A stretch of 63,757 nt of DNA, counting the filler, from Lama guanicoe (lineage: Eukaryota): the NCBI GenBank assembly GCA_013239625.1. It is 188 parts of 188 records of this genome, joined end to end, with 100 filler letters (N's around TTAATTAATTAA, not from the genome) between each part and the next. Parts side by side here need not be neighbours in the genome. Positions count along the whole stretch, not along the records: positions 1 to 239 come from PNXV01046124.1; positions 340 to 578 come from PNXV01046125.1; positions 679 to 916 come from PNXV01046126.1; positions 1,017 to 1,255 come from PNXV01046127.1; positions 1,356 to 1,594 come from PNXV01046128.1; positions 1,695 to 1,933 come from PNXV01046129.1; positions 2,034 to 2,272 come from PNXV01046130.1; positions 2,373 to 2,611 come from PNXV01046131.1; 180 more parts are not named here. One strand, 5' to 3'. Both the position numbers and the translations under genes were made by a program. The notes below the pieces were generated by a model that did not search any database, was not told the DNA's origin, and saw only the letters and a program-made list of their open reading frames with translations. Below are positions 1 to 11,425 of the stretch, in pieces. The first letter of the stretch is position 1, and every line of letters starts with the position of its first letter.

Positions 1-239
1 CGTGTGCACGGGGAGGGGCTTAACTCTGCTGCGGTTCCGTGAATAATACGGGGCCGCGGGAGCCGCCTGGGCGTGTCGTGGGAACCGAGTCGCGAGGCCA
101 GGGCCGGGTGGAGCAGCACCATGTGGGGGTCCCGCCCGCATCCCGGCCGGGCGTGGCCGGCGTGGGCGGCGCGGGACGCCGTGCGCCGAGCTGTGAGGAT
201 GCGACTGCCCGGACGGGGAGCGCAGGCAGGTCTGGGTAC
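1..239. promoter_or_regulatory. CpG-island fragment (probable promoter or first exon), gene unknown
   Basis: Very GC-rich with dense, undepleted CpG and a GC-box-like cccgccc. Confidence 0.55.
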
Positions 240-678
240 NNNNNNNNNNNNNNNNNNNNNNNNNNNNNNNNNNNNNNNNNNNNTTAATTAATTAANNNNN
301 NNNNNNNNNNNNNNNNNNNNNNNNNNNNNNNNNNNNNNNTAAACAACTATAAATGTGTATCGATATTACAATTCTTCACATACTATTCATCATCTTTCTT
401 GCCCTTTTTATATTAGTTGACATTGGCCACTCTTGAATAAGTTAAAATAAATAAACAAAAATTAAAAATATCCCTGTGACTTCCAGAACACCACGCCCTC
501 CAGATGGTCCTCCTACCTGCTGGCCACACCTGCCCACCCTCCTTTGTGCGTTTCTCTTCTTCTGCTTTTCCTATATTTNNNNNNNNNNNNNNNNNNNNNN
601 NNNNNNNNNNNNNNNNNNNNNNTTAATTAATTAANNNNNNNNNNNNNNNNNNNNNNNNNNNNNNNNNNNNNNNNNNNN

Positions 679-916
679 GACAGACTGGGAGTTCGAGATT
701 TGCAGATACTGACAGGTGTATATAGAATAAATAAACAAGATTATCCTGTGTAGCACAGGGAAATATGTACTAGATCTCATGGTAGCTCATAGTGAAAAAA
801 ATGTGACAATGAATATATGCATGTTCACGTAGAACTGAAAAATTGTGCTCTACACTGGAATTTGACGCAACATTGTAAACTGACTACAACTCAATAAAAT
901 AAAATTTAAAAAAAAA
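679..916 (+). mobile_element. LINE-1 3' UTR with polyA tail (camelid/cetartiodactyl type)
   Basis: gggagttcgagatttgcagatac...tagcacagggaa...caacattgtaaactgactacaactcAATAAA followed by an A-rich tail. Related 3' ends occur at 2373, 22820, 30889 and 50945. Confidence 0.9.
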
Positions 917-1355
917 NNNNNNNNNNNNNNNNNNNNNNNNNNNNNNNNNNNNNNNNNNNNTTAATTAATTAANNNNNNNNNNNNNNNNNNNNNNNNNNNN
1001 NNNNNNNNNNNNNNNNCACTAACGGGGGCTCAGGGAGGACCCACTAAGCACCTCCCCTCTACCAGTCCCATTAGTCCCACAGCAGCCAGAAGAAAGGGAA
1101 GCGAACGAAGCTGGCAATCTAGGGCAATGGCGATAATAGATCCAAGAGGGGAGAAAAAAGAGACGCCATGAAGGAGAAGAAAGGGGAACCATGAAACAAA
1201 AGAGGAAAATGAATAAGAAAGAAGCAGGCGCTGCACTGGCAGAATGAGACCAGGTNNNNNNNNNNNNNNNNNNNNNNNNNNNNNNNNNNNNNNNNNNNNT
1301 TAATTAATTAANNNNNNNNNNNNNNNNNNNNNNNNNNNNNNNNNNNNNNNNNNNN

Positions 1356-1594
1356 GTGAACATTTTCTGACCTGGGGACCCAGGGTCTTTACATGTGTCA
1401 TCTAATGAATCCTCAAAACAGCCCCGTGGGGAAACTGCGGCTCAGATCAAGTGACTAGTAAGTGATGGGGCAGGATCTGCCCTCAGACAGTTGCTCTAAA
1501 CCGCTTCACTATTCTGCCGCTCGGTGCACATGTTGTTAACACTTGTATTATTTGGTGCAAATCATGGTCCTCACTTCCGCACAGGCAGGTGCAC
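1356..1594. repeat. Contig that is a ~96% identical reverse complement of 5085-5323 (bubble arm; contains MIR-like sequence)
   Basis: Manual alignment: 9 substitutions in 239 nt, no indels, identical ends. Confidence 0.97.
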
Positions 1595-2372
1595 NNNNNN
1601 NNNNNNNNNNNNNNNNNNNNNNNNNNNNNNNNNNNNNNTTAATTAATTAANNNNNNNNNNNNNNNNNNNNNNNNNNNNNNNNNNNNNNNNNNNNAATTAA
1701 TTAATTATGCTAATTAAAATTTTTCGTTCATAGTGGGAAACATAAAATTTTCTAACTTTCTATTAATAATCTTTCAAGAATAACCTACTTTATTATTTCA
1801 CTGAAAGTTGTATTTATAATTAAAACTCCCTACAAATAAACAAGAAACATAACCTGAGAAAATAATATATATCATGGCAAAAATGTATCATAGCCATCAA
1901 AATTTTATACCAGATCTCCAAAGCCCTAAGAAGNNNNNNNNNNNNNNNNNNNNNNNNNNNNNNNNNNNNNNNNNNNNTTAATTAATTAANNNNNNNNNNN
2001 NNNNNNNNNNNNNNNNNNNNNNNNNNNNNNNNNAGTTTGCCTGTTCCTTTTCGTTCCATTTAATAGCAACAGATTTCTTATATTGGTGTGAACACCATCA
2101 GTATCTTTTGAAGTGCACCGTGCTTTTCCCGCTTAGGAGGGTCGGGCACATTCACACAAAGGAACCAGAGATTATCCAATCTGCAGCAACTCTGTAATCA
2201 AACCGAGATGCTTGGCCCTCATCGAAGGCAGGGGAACATCAGCCCTCCTCAGGGCTCTGCGGGGAAGACAGTNNNNNNNNNNNNNNNNNNNNNNNNNNNN
2301 NNNNNNNNNNNNNNNNTTAATTAATTAANNNNNNNNNNNNNNNNNNNNNNNNNNNNNNNNNNNNNNNNNNNN

Positions 2373-2445
2373 TGTATAACTGAATCACTATGCTGCACAC
2401 CAGAAATTAACACAACATTGTGAATCAATTATATTTCAAAAAAAA
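2373..2445 (+). mobile_element. LINE-1 3' terminus with A tail
   Basis: tgtataactgaatcact...accagaaattaacacaacattgtgaatcaattatatttcaaaaaaa, typical of cetartiodactyl L1 ends. Confidence 0.85.
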
Positions 2446-2511
2446 GAAAACAAATGAGAAATCTAAAGGGCTTAGGGATGGCTCTTAGACAAAGACAAGA
2501 TAATGAGGTTA

Positions 2512-2611
2512 AGGAGCCACACTGCCTGGTTTGATATCTTGGTTCTACCACTTCAAGGCTGTGTGATGTTGGGCCAGTTGCATCACCTCTCTGAACCTGT
2601 TTCCTCCTTTT
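2512..2611 (+). mobile_element. MIR SINE fragment
   Basis: ggagccacactgcctggtttga...ctgtgtgatgttgggccagtt...acctctctgaacctgtttcctc resembles the MIR core. Confidence 0.7.
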
Positions 2612-2711
2612 NNNNNNNNNNNNNNNNNNNNNNNNNNNNNNNNNNNNNNNNNNNNTTAATTAATTAANNNNNNNNNNNNNNNNNNNNNNNNNNNNNNNNN
2701 NNNNNNNNNNN

Positions 2712-2950
2712 TAATATCCTTCAGTTTCACCCACGTTTTTGTAAATGGTAGTATTTCCTTTATGAGACTGAATGATACTCCATTGTATTTATACACCACA
2801 TGTTCTTTATCCGTTCATCTGTCAGTGGCCGTTTGGGTTGTTTCTATATCCTGACTGTTGTCAGTAATGCTGCAGCGAACATGGGGGTGCAGCTATCTCT
2901 TCAAGATCCTGATTTTGATTCCTTTGGATATATGCCCAGAAGTGGAATTG
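2712..2950 (-). mobile_element. LINE-1 ORF2 end / 3' UTR fragment
   Basis: ccattgtatttatacaccacat...gggttgtttc...gctgcagcgaacatgggggtgcag...ggatatatgcccagaagtggaattg, antisense L1 signature. Confidence 0.9.
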
Positions 2951-4406
2951 NNNNNNNNNNNNNNNNNNNNNNNNNNNNNNNNNNNNNNNNNNNNTTAATT
3001 AATTAANNNNNNNNNNNNNNNNNNNNNNNNNNNNNNNNNNNNNNNNNNNNTGTGATAGATATGGTTCTAAGGTTTACACATATGTTGAAACTTACCAAAT
3101 TGTATACTTTTGAATGTGTGAAGTTTAGTGCATGTCCATTTTACTGCATAATAAGATGATAATAAAAATCTGCACTTCCTACTACCTAAATCTTTCTTCC
3201 TTTATTTCGAGCATAGACAATTTCTTTCCTATGCCTTCTTCTTTGTCAGTGCTGTTCCTTCTGCCTTGAAACTGCCTCTCCTTGCTTTTNNNNNNNNNNN
3301 NNNNNNNNNNNNNNNNNNNNNNNNNNNNNNNNNTTAATTAATTAANNNNNNNNNNNNNNNNNNNNNNNNNNNNNNNNNNNNNNNNNNNNTGTCAATCATA
3401 GCTATAAAATATCTAGAAGAGTCCAAATAGAATTATTTCCCCGTTGTTCTCCAATACACGTGGGAGGAATACAAAATACACGTGAGAGGTAATAGTCCCA
3501 TAAAATACACGACAAGAAAAGCCACAGACTTATATTACTACTGCTCTGGCTGGAAAGATATTTTGTGGAGGATTGAGATGCTTCAAAATGTTGGGAAATA
3601 CTCAGGATCCTAAATAAGCAAATTGTTTNNNNNNNNNNNNNNNNNNNNNNNNNNNNNNNNNNNNNNNNNNNNTTAATTAATTAANNNNNNNNNNNNNNNN
3701 NNNNNNNNNNNNNNNNNNNNNNNNNNNNAGATGTGAGGAACAGAGCAGCTGTAAACTCAACTGTAAACCCTTTTAAAGTCCCAGAGAGTGAAACTTACTT
3801 ATCTCTATAACTGGCATTTTATGAAGCAAAATAAACTTGAAGACATGTACATTCACAGTGTTTTAAAATACATGGAGAGTTTCCCAGTGCATTTTGTAGA
3901 AACGGAGCTCAGAGAGCCTCAGGCATTTGCCAAAATTCACACATAGAAGTTATACTGGTGTGGACTTNNNNNNNNNNNNNNNNNNNNNNNNNNNNNNNNN
4001 NNNNNNNNNNNTTAATTAATTAANNNNNNNNNNNNNNNNNNNNNNNNNNNNNNNNNNNNNNNNNNNNCATTTGCCCCATTCTCTATCAAAAATTTGACCA
4101 TTTCTTCTTTGTTCTCTCTGATGGCGAGTAAAAGTGGTGTGTATTTATACTGTAAAATATTAAAAACAGTTGACAATGTGTAAAATTACATATAAATTTC
4201 AAAACTGAGTTTAAAAACTTAAGTTTCTGAACTTACACATACACTATAAATAAAAAGTAGCCCCTTCCTCCTCGCCCCTCTGTGCTCCTTCTCTTTAAAA
4301 GGTTCCNNNNNNNNNNNNNNNNNNNNNNNNNNNNNNNNNNNNNNNNNNNNTTAATTAATTAANNNNNNNNNNNNNNNNNNNNNNNNNNNNNNNNNNNNNN
4401 NNNNNN

Positions 4407-4645
4407 AGCTAATAAATTGAAGTTTATCAAAACTAAGAACCACTCTGAAAAACACGAAGGTAAAGAATGAGAGAAAATATTTAAAAATCACATATCTGAT
4501 AAAAGATTTGTGTGCAGTTATAAAAAGAACTTAAAATCAGTAATAAGAAAGCAAAAAAAATCGCAGTTTAAAATGAGCAAAAAATTTGAACACACATTTT
4601 ATCAAAGAAGATATATGAGTGGTAAATAAGCACGTAGAAAATTGA
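4407..4645 (+). mobile_element. Degraded LINE-1 ORF2 fragment
   Basis: gagaaaatattt...catatctgataaaaga...aaaatgagcaaaaaatttgaacacacatttt...aaagaagatata. Confidence 0.8.
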
Positions 4646-5084
4646 NNNNNNNNNNNNNNNNNNNNNNNNNNNNNNNNNNNNNNNNNNNNTTAATTAATTA
4701 ANNNNNNNNNNNNNNNNNNNNNNNNNNNNNNNNNNNNNNNNNNNNGTCACTCAGCGTCCCACGCAGGGTGAGGACTGGGCTGAGGCCCAGCGCCTGGGAA
4801 AGTGCCCGGTGTGAGTAGGCGTCTCAGGAACGAAGCCACCCCGGTCACAGGGCGAGACCTTGCACAGACCAGCTGCCAGCAGAAGGGGTCCGCGCCACGG
4901 TCCAACCAGCCGGGCTGGGACAGAGACTCCGAGACCGTTAGGGCTGCGGTCACGCCAGATGCAGAGTCAGGAAGACCCTCGGGANNNNNNNNNNNNNNNN
5001 NNNNNNNNNNNNNNNNNNNNNNNNNNNNTTAATTAATTAANNNNNNNNNNNNNNNNNNNNNNNNNNNNNNNNNNNNNNNNNNNN

Positions 5085-5323
5085 GTGCACCTGCCTGTGC
5101 GGAAGTGAGGACCATGATTTGCACCAAATAATAGAAGTGTTAACAACATGTACACCGAGCGGCAGAATGGTGAAGTGGTTTAGAGCAACTGTCTGAGGGA
5201 AGATCCTGCTCCATCACTTACTAGTCGCTTGATCTGAGCCACAGTTTCCCCACGGGGCTGTTTTGAGGATTCACTAGATGACACATGTAAAGACCCTGGG
5301 TCCCCAGGTCAGAAAATGTTCAC
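5085..5323. repeat. Partner bubble arm of 1356-1594 (reverse complement)
   Basis: Same manual alignment as 1356-1594. Confidence 0.97.
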
Positions 5324-6174
5324 NNNNNNNNNNNNNNNNNNNNNNNNNNNNNNNNNNNNNNNNNNNNTTAATTAATTAANNNNNNNNNNNNNNNNNNNNN
5401 NNNNNNNNNNNNNNNNNNNNNNNGTATAAATTTTTTCAGGATTATTTTTAGTTGTTCCAAGTGGTCCTTGCCAGTTTGAGCCTGAAATTTTGTTTTTGAA
5501 TGAAGAAAAGTTCTTCCCAGTGTTTCCTTCAGCTTAGTCTCTCCATATAGAAGATATTTATGACCTTTGAATGATGAGATGACTGACCTGAATGAAATGA
5601 TCCCACTTATAATCTCTAAATATTTATGAATAAGGGATGTATTGACTCTTTGTGGATTTGGTNNNNNNNNNNNNNNNNNNNNNNNNNNNNNNNNNNNNNN
5701 NNNNNNTTAATTAATTAANNNNNNNNNNNNNNNNNNNNNNNNNNNNNNNNNNNNNNNNNNNNTTGTCTGACAGAACTAAGTTAAGCGGGCACAGAGCGTC
5801 CCCCCGACACCGAGCCTGAGATGCAGGCCAGCAGCGGCGGGCAGGACAAGGCTGTACAAGCTGGGCAGAGGACAGGGGCAGCTACACGGAGGCAGCCCCG
5901 GGGGACTACAAGGGGCTGTGCGCCGTGGCTGTGGGTGCACAGGGCAGAACAAACGGGCCCTCCATAAAACAGCAAGGTTGATGTGCTCTCGGGGGGAAGG
6001 GNNNNNNNNNNNNNNNNNNNNNNNNNNNNNNNNNNNNNNNNNNNNTTAATTAATTAANNNNNNNNNNNNNNNNNNNNNNNNNNNNNNNNNNNNNNNNNNN
6101 NCCTTGACTAGACTGACAGCTCCCAGGTCTGTCTGGTTCAGGGCTGCAGCCCCAGGGTCGGCCCAGGACACATA

Positions 6175-6340
6175 CAGGCACAACTCGTCATCCTGGGCTT
6201 CACTCTACTGCACTTTGCAGATGTTGAGTAGTTTTTTTTTTTTACAAACTGAAGGTTTGTGGCAACCCCACGCTGAGCAAGTCTGTTGGTACCATTTTTC
6301 TAACAGCATTTGCTTACTTCTGATCTCCGTGTCACATTGT
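6175..6340 (+). mobile_element. Tigger1 (TcMar-Tigger) DNA transposon 5' end
   Basis: TA followed by caggca..., then ttttacaaactgaaggtttgtggcaacccc...gagcaagtctgttggtaccatttttctaacagcatttgcttactt, resembling the recalled Tigger1 left end. Confidence 0.8.
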
Positions 6341-6440
6341 NNNNNNNNNNNNNNNNNNNNNNNNNNNNNNNNNNNNNNNNNNNNTTAATTAATTAANNNN
6401 NNNNNNNNNNNNNNNNNNNNNNNNNNNNNNNNNNNNNNNN

Positions 6441-6679
6441 GCTGGTGATTAGGTTCTTGTCTCCTGGTAGAAAGAATTCAGAGATGAGAGGCTAAGAAAG
6501 TAAAGAAGGGACAGCAGTACACTCTCAATGGGGCAGTGGGCAGGCTCAGATGAGCCACTGTCCAGAGTTTCTTTGGCAGATCGGTTACATAGAGTGTGAA
6601 AATAAATGGGCAGAATATTCCTTGCAGGGAGAAGGGTTTGGGGTCGTATTCCCTGATTTTCATCCCAACTCCACCTTCC
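6441..6679 (-). mobile_element. Probable ERV LTR fragment
   Basis: ggttcttgtctcc...agaaagaattcagagatgag...agtacactctcaa...gtgggcaggctcaga resembles an antisense ERV1-class LTR. Confidence 0.5.
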
Positions 6680-7796
6680 NNNNNNNNNNNNNNNNNNNNN
6701 NNNNNNNNNNNNNNNNNNNNNNNTTAATTAATTAANNNNNNNNNNNNNNNNNNNNNNNNNNNNNNNNNNNNNNNNNNNNAGACGGGAGAGAGCAAGGGGC
6801 AGAGAGAATATCTGAAGAAATCATGGCTGAAAATTTCCAGGGCTGCCTCAGCAGATCTGAATCCCTTACATGTGTGCAGAATATGACGTTTCCAATGTAT
6901 TGCACCAAGAGTGAGCTGTTCACTGAAATTCTAAAACTACTGACACATAATCGTAATGGTCTCCCAGAGTTTCTTCAAAATGATCTCTTCTGTTGAGAAT
7001 ACGAATAATAAGAATACANNNNNNNNNNNNNNNNNNNNNNNNNNNNNNNNNNNNNNNNNNNNTTAATTAATTAANNNNNNNNNNNNNNNNNNNNNNNNNN
7101 NNNNNNNNNNNNNNNNNNGAAATCATAAAGAATAAAAAATTTATTAGATAAATATATCCAATTTGATTAAAGATAAATATACTCTGACCAACATCTACTC
7201 TTCTATATAACAATTGAAATAGCAGTTCTCAGTTTTAGGTTTGGACTTACAGCACTTTCCAAATTTATTGAGATTTTTGTTTATATGAGTTATATCTATT
7301 AATATTTCCAATATTATAAGTAGAGATTTTAAAATATTCATTTCATTTATTTAAAATNNNNNNNNNNNNNNNNNNNNNNNNNNNNNNNNNNNNNNNNNNN
7401 NTTAATTAATTAANNNNNNNNNNNNNNNNNNNNNNNNNNNNNNNNNNNNNNNNNNNNTAGAGAAACCATTAAAAATAAAATAAAACAAAATAATTACAGC
7501 TAAAAAGTCAGTAATGGAGATAAAATAAAATTCTTAAAAATTCTATTAATCTGCAAGATTCCTTGTGGAAACAAAGAAGAGACCCCCTCAAAGAAAAAGT
7601 AAGGCCAGAAAAAAGAAGAGAGGGAATAAAGAAGAGAGGAAACAAACTGAAAAACAAAAATAAGTAGCAAGATGAAAGATTTAAAATCAGCTGGTANNNN
7701 NNNNNNNNNNNNNNNNNNNNNNNNNNNNNNNNNNNNNNNNTTAATTAATTAANNNNNNNNNNNNNNNNNNNNNNNNNNNNNNNNNNNNNNNNNNNN

Positions 7797-8035
7797 GGTA
7801 GTGTAAGTCTTCCAACTTTGTCATTTTTCAGAATTGTTTGACTCTGGTCACTTGAATTTCCACATAAACTTTAAAACAAGCATGTTGATTTAAAAAAAAA
7901 AAAACCCTGCTGAGATTTTCATTAGAATCTATAGACCAATGCACTGAATCTATAGATCAATTTGCAAAATTGATATCTTAACAATTTTGACTCTTCCAAT
8001 CAATGAACATTGTATACCTTTCCATTTATTTAGAT
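7797..8035 (-). mobile_element. LINE-1 ORF2 fragment
   Basis: tcttccaactttgtc...gcactgaatctatagatcaatttg...cttccaatcaatgaacat...ttccatttatttagat. Confidence 0.85.
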
Positions 8036-9152
8036 NNNNNNNNNNNNNNNNNNNNNNNNNNNNNNNNNNNNNNNNNNNNTTAATTAATTAANNNNNNNNN
8101 NNNNNNNNNNNNNNNNNNNNNNNNNNNNNNNNNNNTTTCAATAGCTTAAAAACTTCTATTCGTTATTGGGTTCTAGCACCTCTGACTTAATTTCACTAAT
8201 GGTTTTCCATATCTTTCCTGAATTTTTGAATTCATGGTTTGAATTTATTAATATATCTAATGGCAATTTTCTGGTGAGTATTGTTTTATAGTTATTGTTT
8301 TTCTCATAGTATCTACTAAAGAAGATGGCTTATTCAAGAAAAATAGCTAACCCTTAATAAGAATAGGGTTTTTTNNNNNNNNNNNNNNNNNNNNNNNNNN
8401 NNNNNNNNNNNNNNNNNNTTAATTAATTAANNNNNNNNNNNNNNNNNNNNNNNNNNNNNNNNNNNNNNNNNNNNGTCTAGGCAAGGGAGTGACAGGGACA
8501 ACCTTCCTTCCTTTTGTGTTTATCTGACCTCTGATCAGATCGGGGAATGTGGTCTCCGCTGAAGTGTCTGCATCAGGGAATCACACCTGACAGCATGGGA
8601 GGTCCATCTTTCTCTCCTGGGTAGTTTTAATTTTGACCATGTGACCAAGCTCTTGTCTCATTTCTTTGCTATGTTTTTCCTCCCTTGTAATCAGTAGCTG
8701 ATCTTTTGGGAGANNNNNNNNNNNNNNNNNNNNNNNNNNNNNNNNNNNNNNNNNNNNTTAATTAATTAANNNNNNNNNNNNNNNNNNNNNNNNNNNNNNN
8801 NNNNNNNNNNNNNGCCCCACACAGGTGGGGGGGACATGCATTGATTAGCTCTTGCTACAGAAAGCCGTGTAACACACCACCCCTAAATTCAGTGGTTTTG
8901 AACACTGCTGATTCTTACAAATCTTCCAGTTGGTTGGGCTCAGCTGGGCATCTCTGCCTCACTGTGGGCCTGGCCATGCTTGGCGGGGTGTCTCTGGTCC
9001 ACGTGATAATTCTGGGGCCCTGGCAGAAGGGGCAGCAGCCATCCAAGGGAAGNNNNNNNNNNNNNNNNNNNNNNNNNNNNNNNNNNNNNNNNNNNNTTAA
9101 TTAATTAANNNNNNNNNNNNNNNNNNNNNNNNNNNNNNNNNNNNNNNNNNNN

Positions 9153-9345
9153 CTGTGTGATACTGGACAACTGCATATAATTTCTCTGAGCCCCAAGTCC
9201 TCATTAAAAAATAAATAAAAATTTAGAGTAATAAGAGTACCTAACTAACAGGATATTTTTGAAAGAATCAGATGAAGAAAAATATGTAAAGCCCTTACTA
9301 TAGTGATTAACAAGTAGTAAGTGTCAGTAAATGTCAGCTATAATC
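9153..9345 (+). mobile_element. MIR SINE 3' part
   Basis: ctgtgtga...ctctgagcc...ataagagtacctaac...atgtaaagccctta...agtaagtgtcagtaaatgtcagctat. Confidence 0.75.
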
Positions 9346-10562
9346 ATCGTCACCGACATCATTATCACCATCTTTATTATCTTGCTTCCATNNNNNNNNN
9401 NNNNNNNNNNNNNNNNNNNNNNNNNNNNNNNNNNNTTAATTAATTAANNNNNNNNNNNNNNNNNNNNNNNNNNNNNNNNNNNNNNNNNNNNTGACGACAA
9501 GGGAAGAAGCTGTCTTCAATCACAGCCCGAAAGGTTGGATAGGACTTAGATGCGATGCAGTACCACACACACACGAGTTATGCAATAGACACCTGTTAAA
9601 TCATTTATTGAAAAAAATAAATCTCTCTTCTAGGCTATAAAGAAATTTGAATTGAATTGCACCAAGGAGTGACAGGAGCCAAGAGGACAGCTCCTGCCTG
9701 GCAGGGAGCATTTGGCACTGCTCCTAGAAANNNNNNNNNNNNNNNNNNNNNNNNNNNNNNNNNNNNNNNNNNNNTTAATTAATTAANNNNNNNNNNNNNN
9801 NNNNNNNNNNNNNNNNNNNNNNNNNNNNNNCCTTAAAATATCTTCTAATTTAATTTTATCTCATTTTATTTTTTTTGATCCTGGTTTTCATTCATTACTA
9901 TCACTAAAGTTTCAGTCCGTCATTGCATTCTTACTTCAATTTTTAAAGTTGCCTGTCCAACATGATTTCTTACATATCTTTAAAATTTTACATCCTTATT
10001 TCTGTTTTTCTGAATTTGTCATTCTGTACTATTTTTTACATTTTACACCTTTCAAAGTGACTATCTTTANNNNNNNNNNNNNNNNNNNNNNNNNNNNNNN
10101 NNNNNNNNNNNNNTTAATTAATTAANNNNNNNNNNNNNNNNNNNNNNNNNNNNNNNNNNNNNNNNNNNNTGCCATCTTCCCAGGATGTTGTAAAGATATC
10201 AGTTCTCAAATTGATCTACAGATTCAATGCAGTCCTATATAAATCCAAGATAAATCTTCAACAAATCCTGGGTAGTTGACATTTGGGAGAAGAAATGTGA
10301 ATGAATATTTATGAAACGTATGAAAAAGACGATCAAACAGCAGGAGCTTACCCTGCCATTTATACAATATGTTCCAGAGCAACTGGAATTATTCAGTGTG
10401 CTACCAGTNNNNNNNNNNNNNNNNNNNNNNNNNNNNNNNNNNNNNNNNNNNNTTAATTAATTAANNNNNNNNNNNNNNNNNNNNNNNNNNNNNNNNNNNN
10501 NNNNNNNNGGGAAAAGTTCAAAAATACAAACATCTGAATATTTACCTGAAAAAAAAACGTTT

Positions 10563-10747
10563 TATGGCAGAATATTTTGGACAAATATCAGGCATCTTAA
10601 TACAACATTTATTTCATAATAAAATGCTGAATAGCTCATGCAATTTATTGAATATTTTACTGAAATTGAACAGAATGGTCACGTGCGTACAGAGTGGTTG
10701 TAAACGTAACTGTTGTTCCCTCTTTGATCACCTGACTGACTGGAGCC
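10563..10747. mobile_element. Tigger4/Zombi-like DNA transposon fragment
   Basis: ataataaaatgctgaatagctcatgcaatttattgaatattttactgaaattgaacagaatggt resembles a recalled Tigger4-family internal motif. Confidence 0.6.
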
Positions 10748-11186
10748 NNNNNNNNNNNNNNNNNNNNNNNNNNNNNNNNNNNNNNNNNNNNTTAATTAAT
10801 TAANNNNNNNNNNNNNNNNNNNNNNNNNNNNNNNNNNNNNNNNNNNNTCCCCAGACAAATTATAAGATTCTCAGGGGCAAAGCCCATAGGTGCTTGACTT
10901 ACAAGGGGAGGTGAAACAGTTCCCTGCTTATGGTCGGCGTTCAATAAATACGTAATTTTGTATATGTTACTGAAACTTAGAATGAATAGTGCCTATATGG
11001 CCAATGAGTCTAATGGAATTAAAGGGGGTGTTATAAAATCTTGAAAAATGTACAGCTCATTAAGAAGAAGTCCTGCTTCAAGGTCANNNNNNNNNNNNNN
11101 NNNNNNNNNNNNNNNNNNNNNNNNNNNNNNTTAATTAATTAANNNNNNNNNNNNNNNNNNNNNNNNNNNNNNNNNNNNNNNNNNNN

Positions 11187-11425
11187 TATGCTAAGTGACA
11201 AAAGTCAGAGAGGGAAAGACAAATACTGTATGATATCACTAATATGTGGACTCTCAAAAACATAACAAACTAGTGAACATAACAAGAAAGAAGCAGACTC
11301 ACAGATACAGAAAATAAACTAGTGGTTCCCAGTGGCAGGGAGCAATATAAGGGTGGGAGAACGGGAGGTACAAACAATTGGGTGCAAGACAGAATACAAA
11401 GATGTGCTGTACAACACGGGCAATA
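11187..11425 (+). mobile_element. LINE-1 3' UTR fragment
   Basis: tatgctaagtga...aaagacaaatactgtatgatatcact...agcagactcacagatacagaaaataaactagtggtt...gtacaacacgggcaata. Confidence 0.9.

Noticed and set aside
1695..1720. Contig starting aattaattaattatgctaattaa, resembling the linker
   Set aside because: The contig is AT-rich, the match is imperfect and the contig has normal length, so it is probably natural low-complexity sequence.
1356..5323. Long inverted repeats flanking a 3.5-kb element
   Set aside because: The intervening sequence is ten unrelated contigs, and contig orientation is arbitrary.
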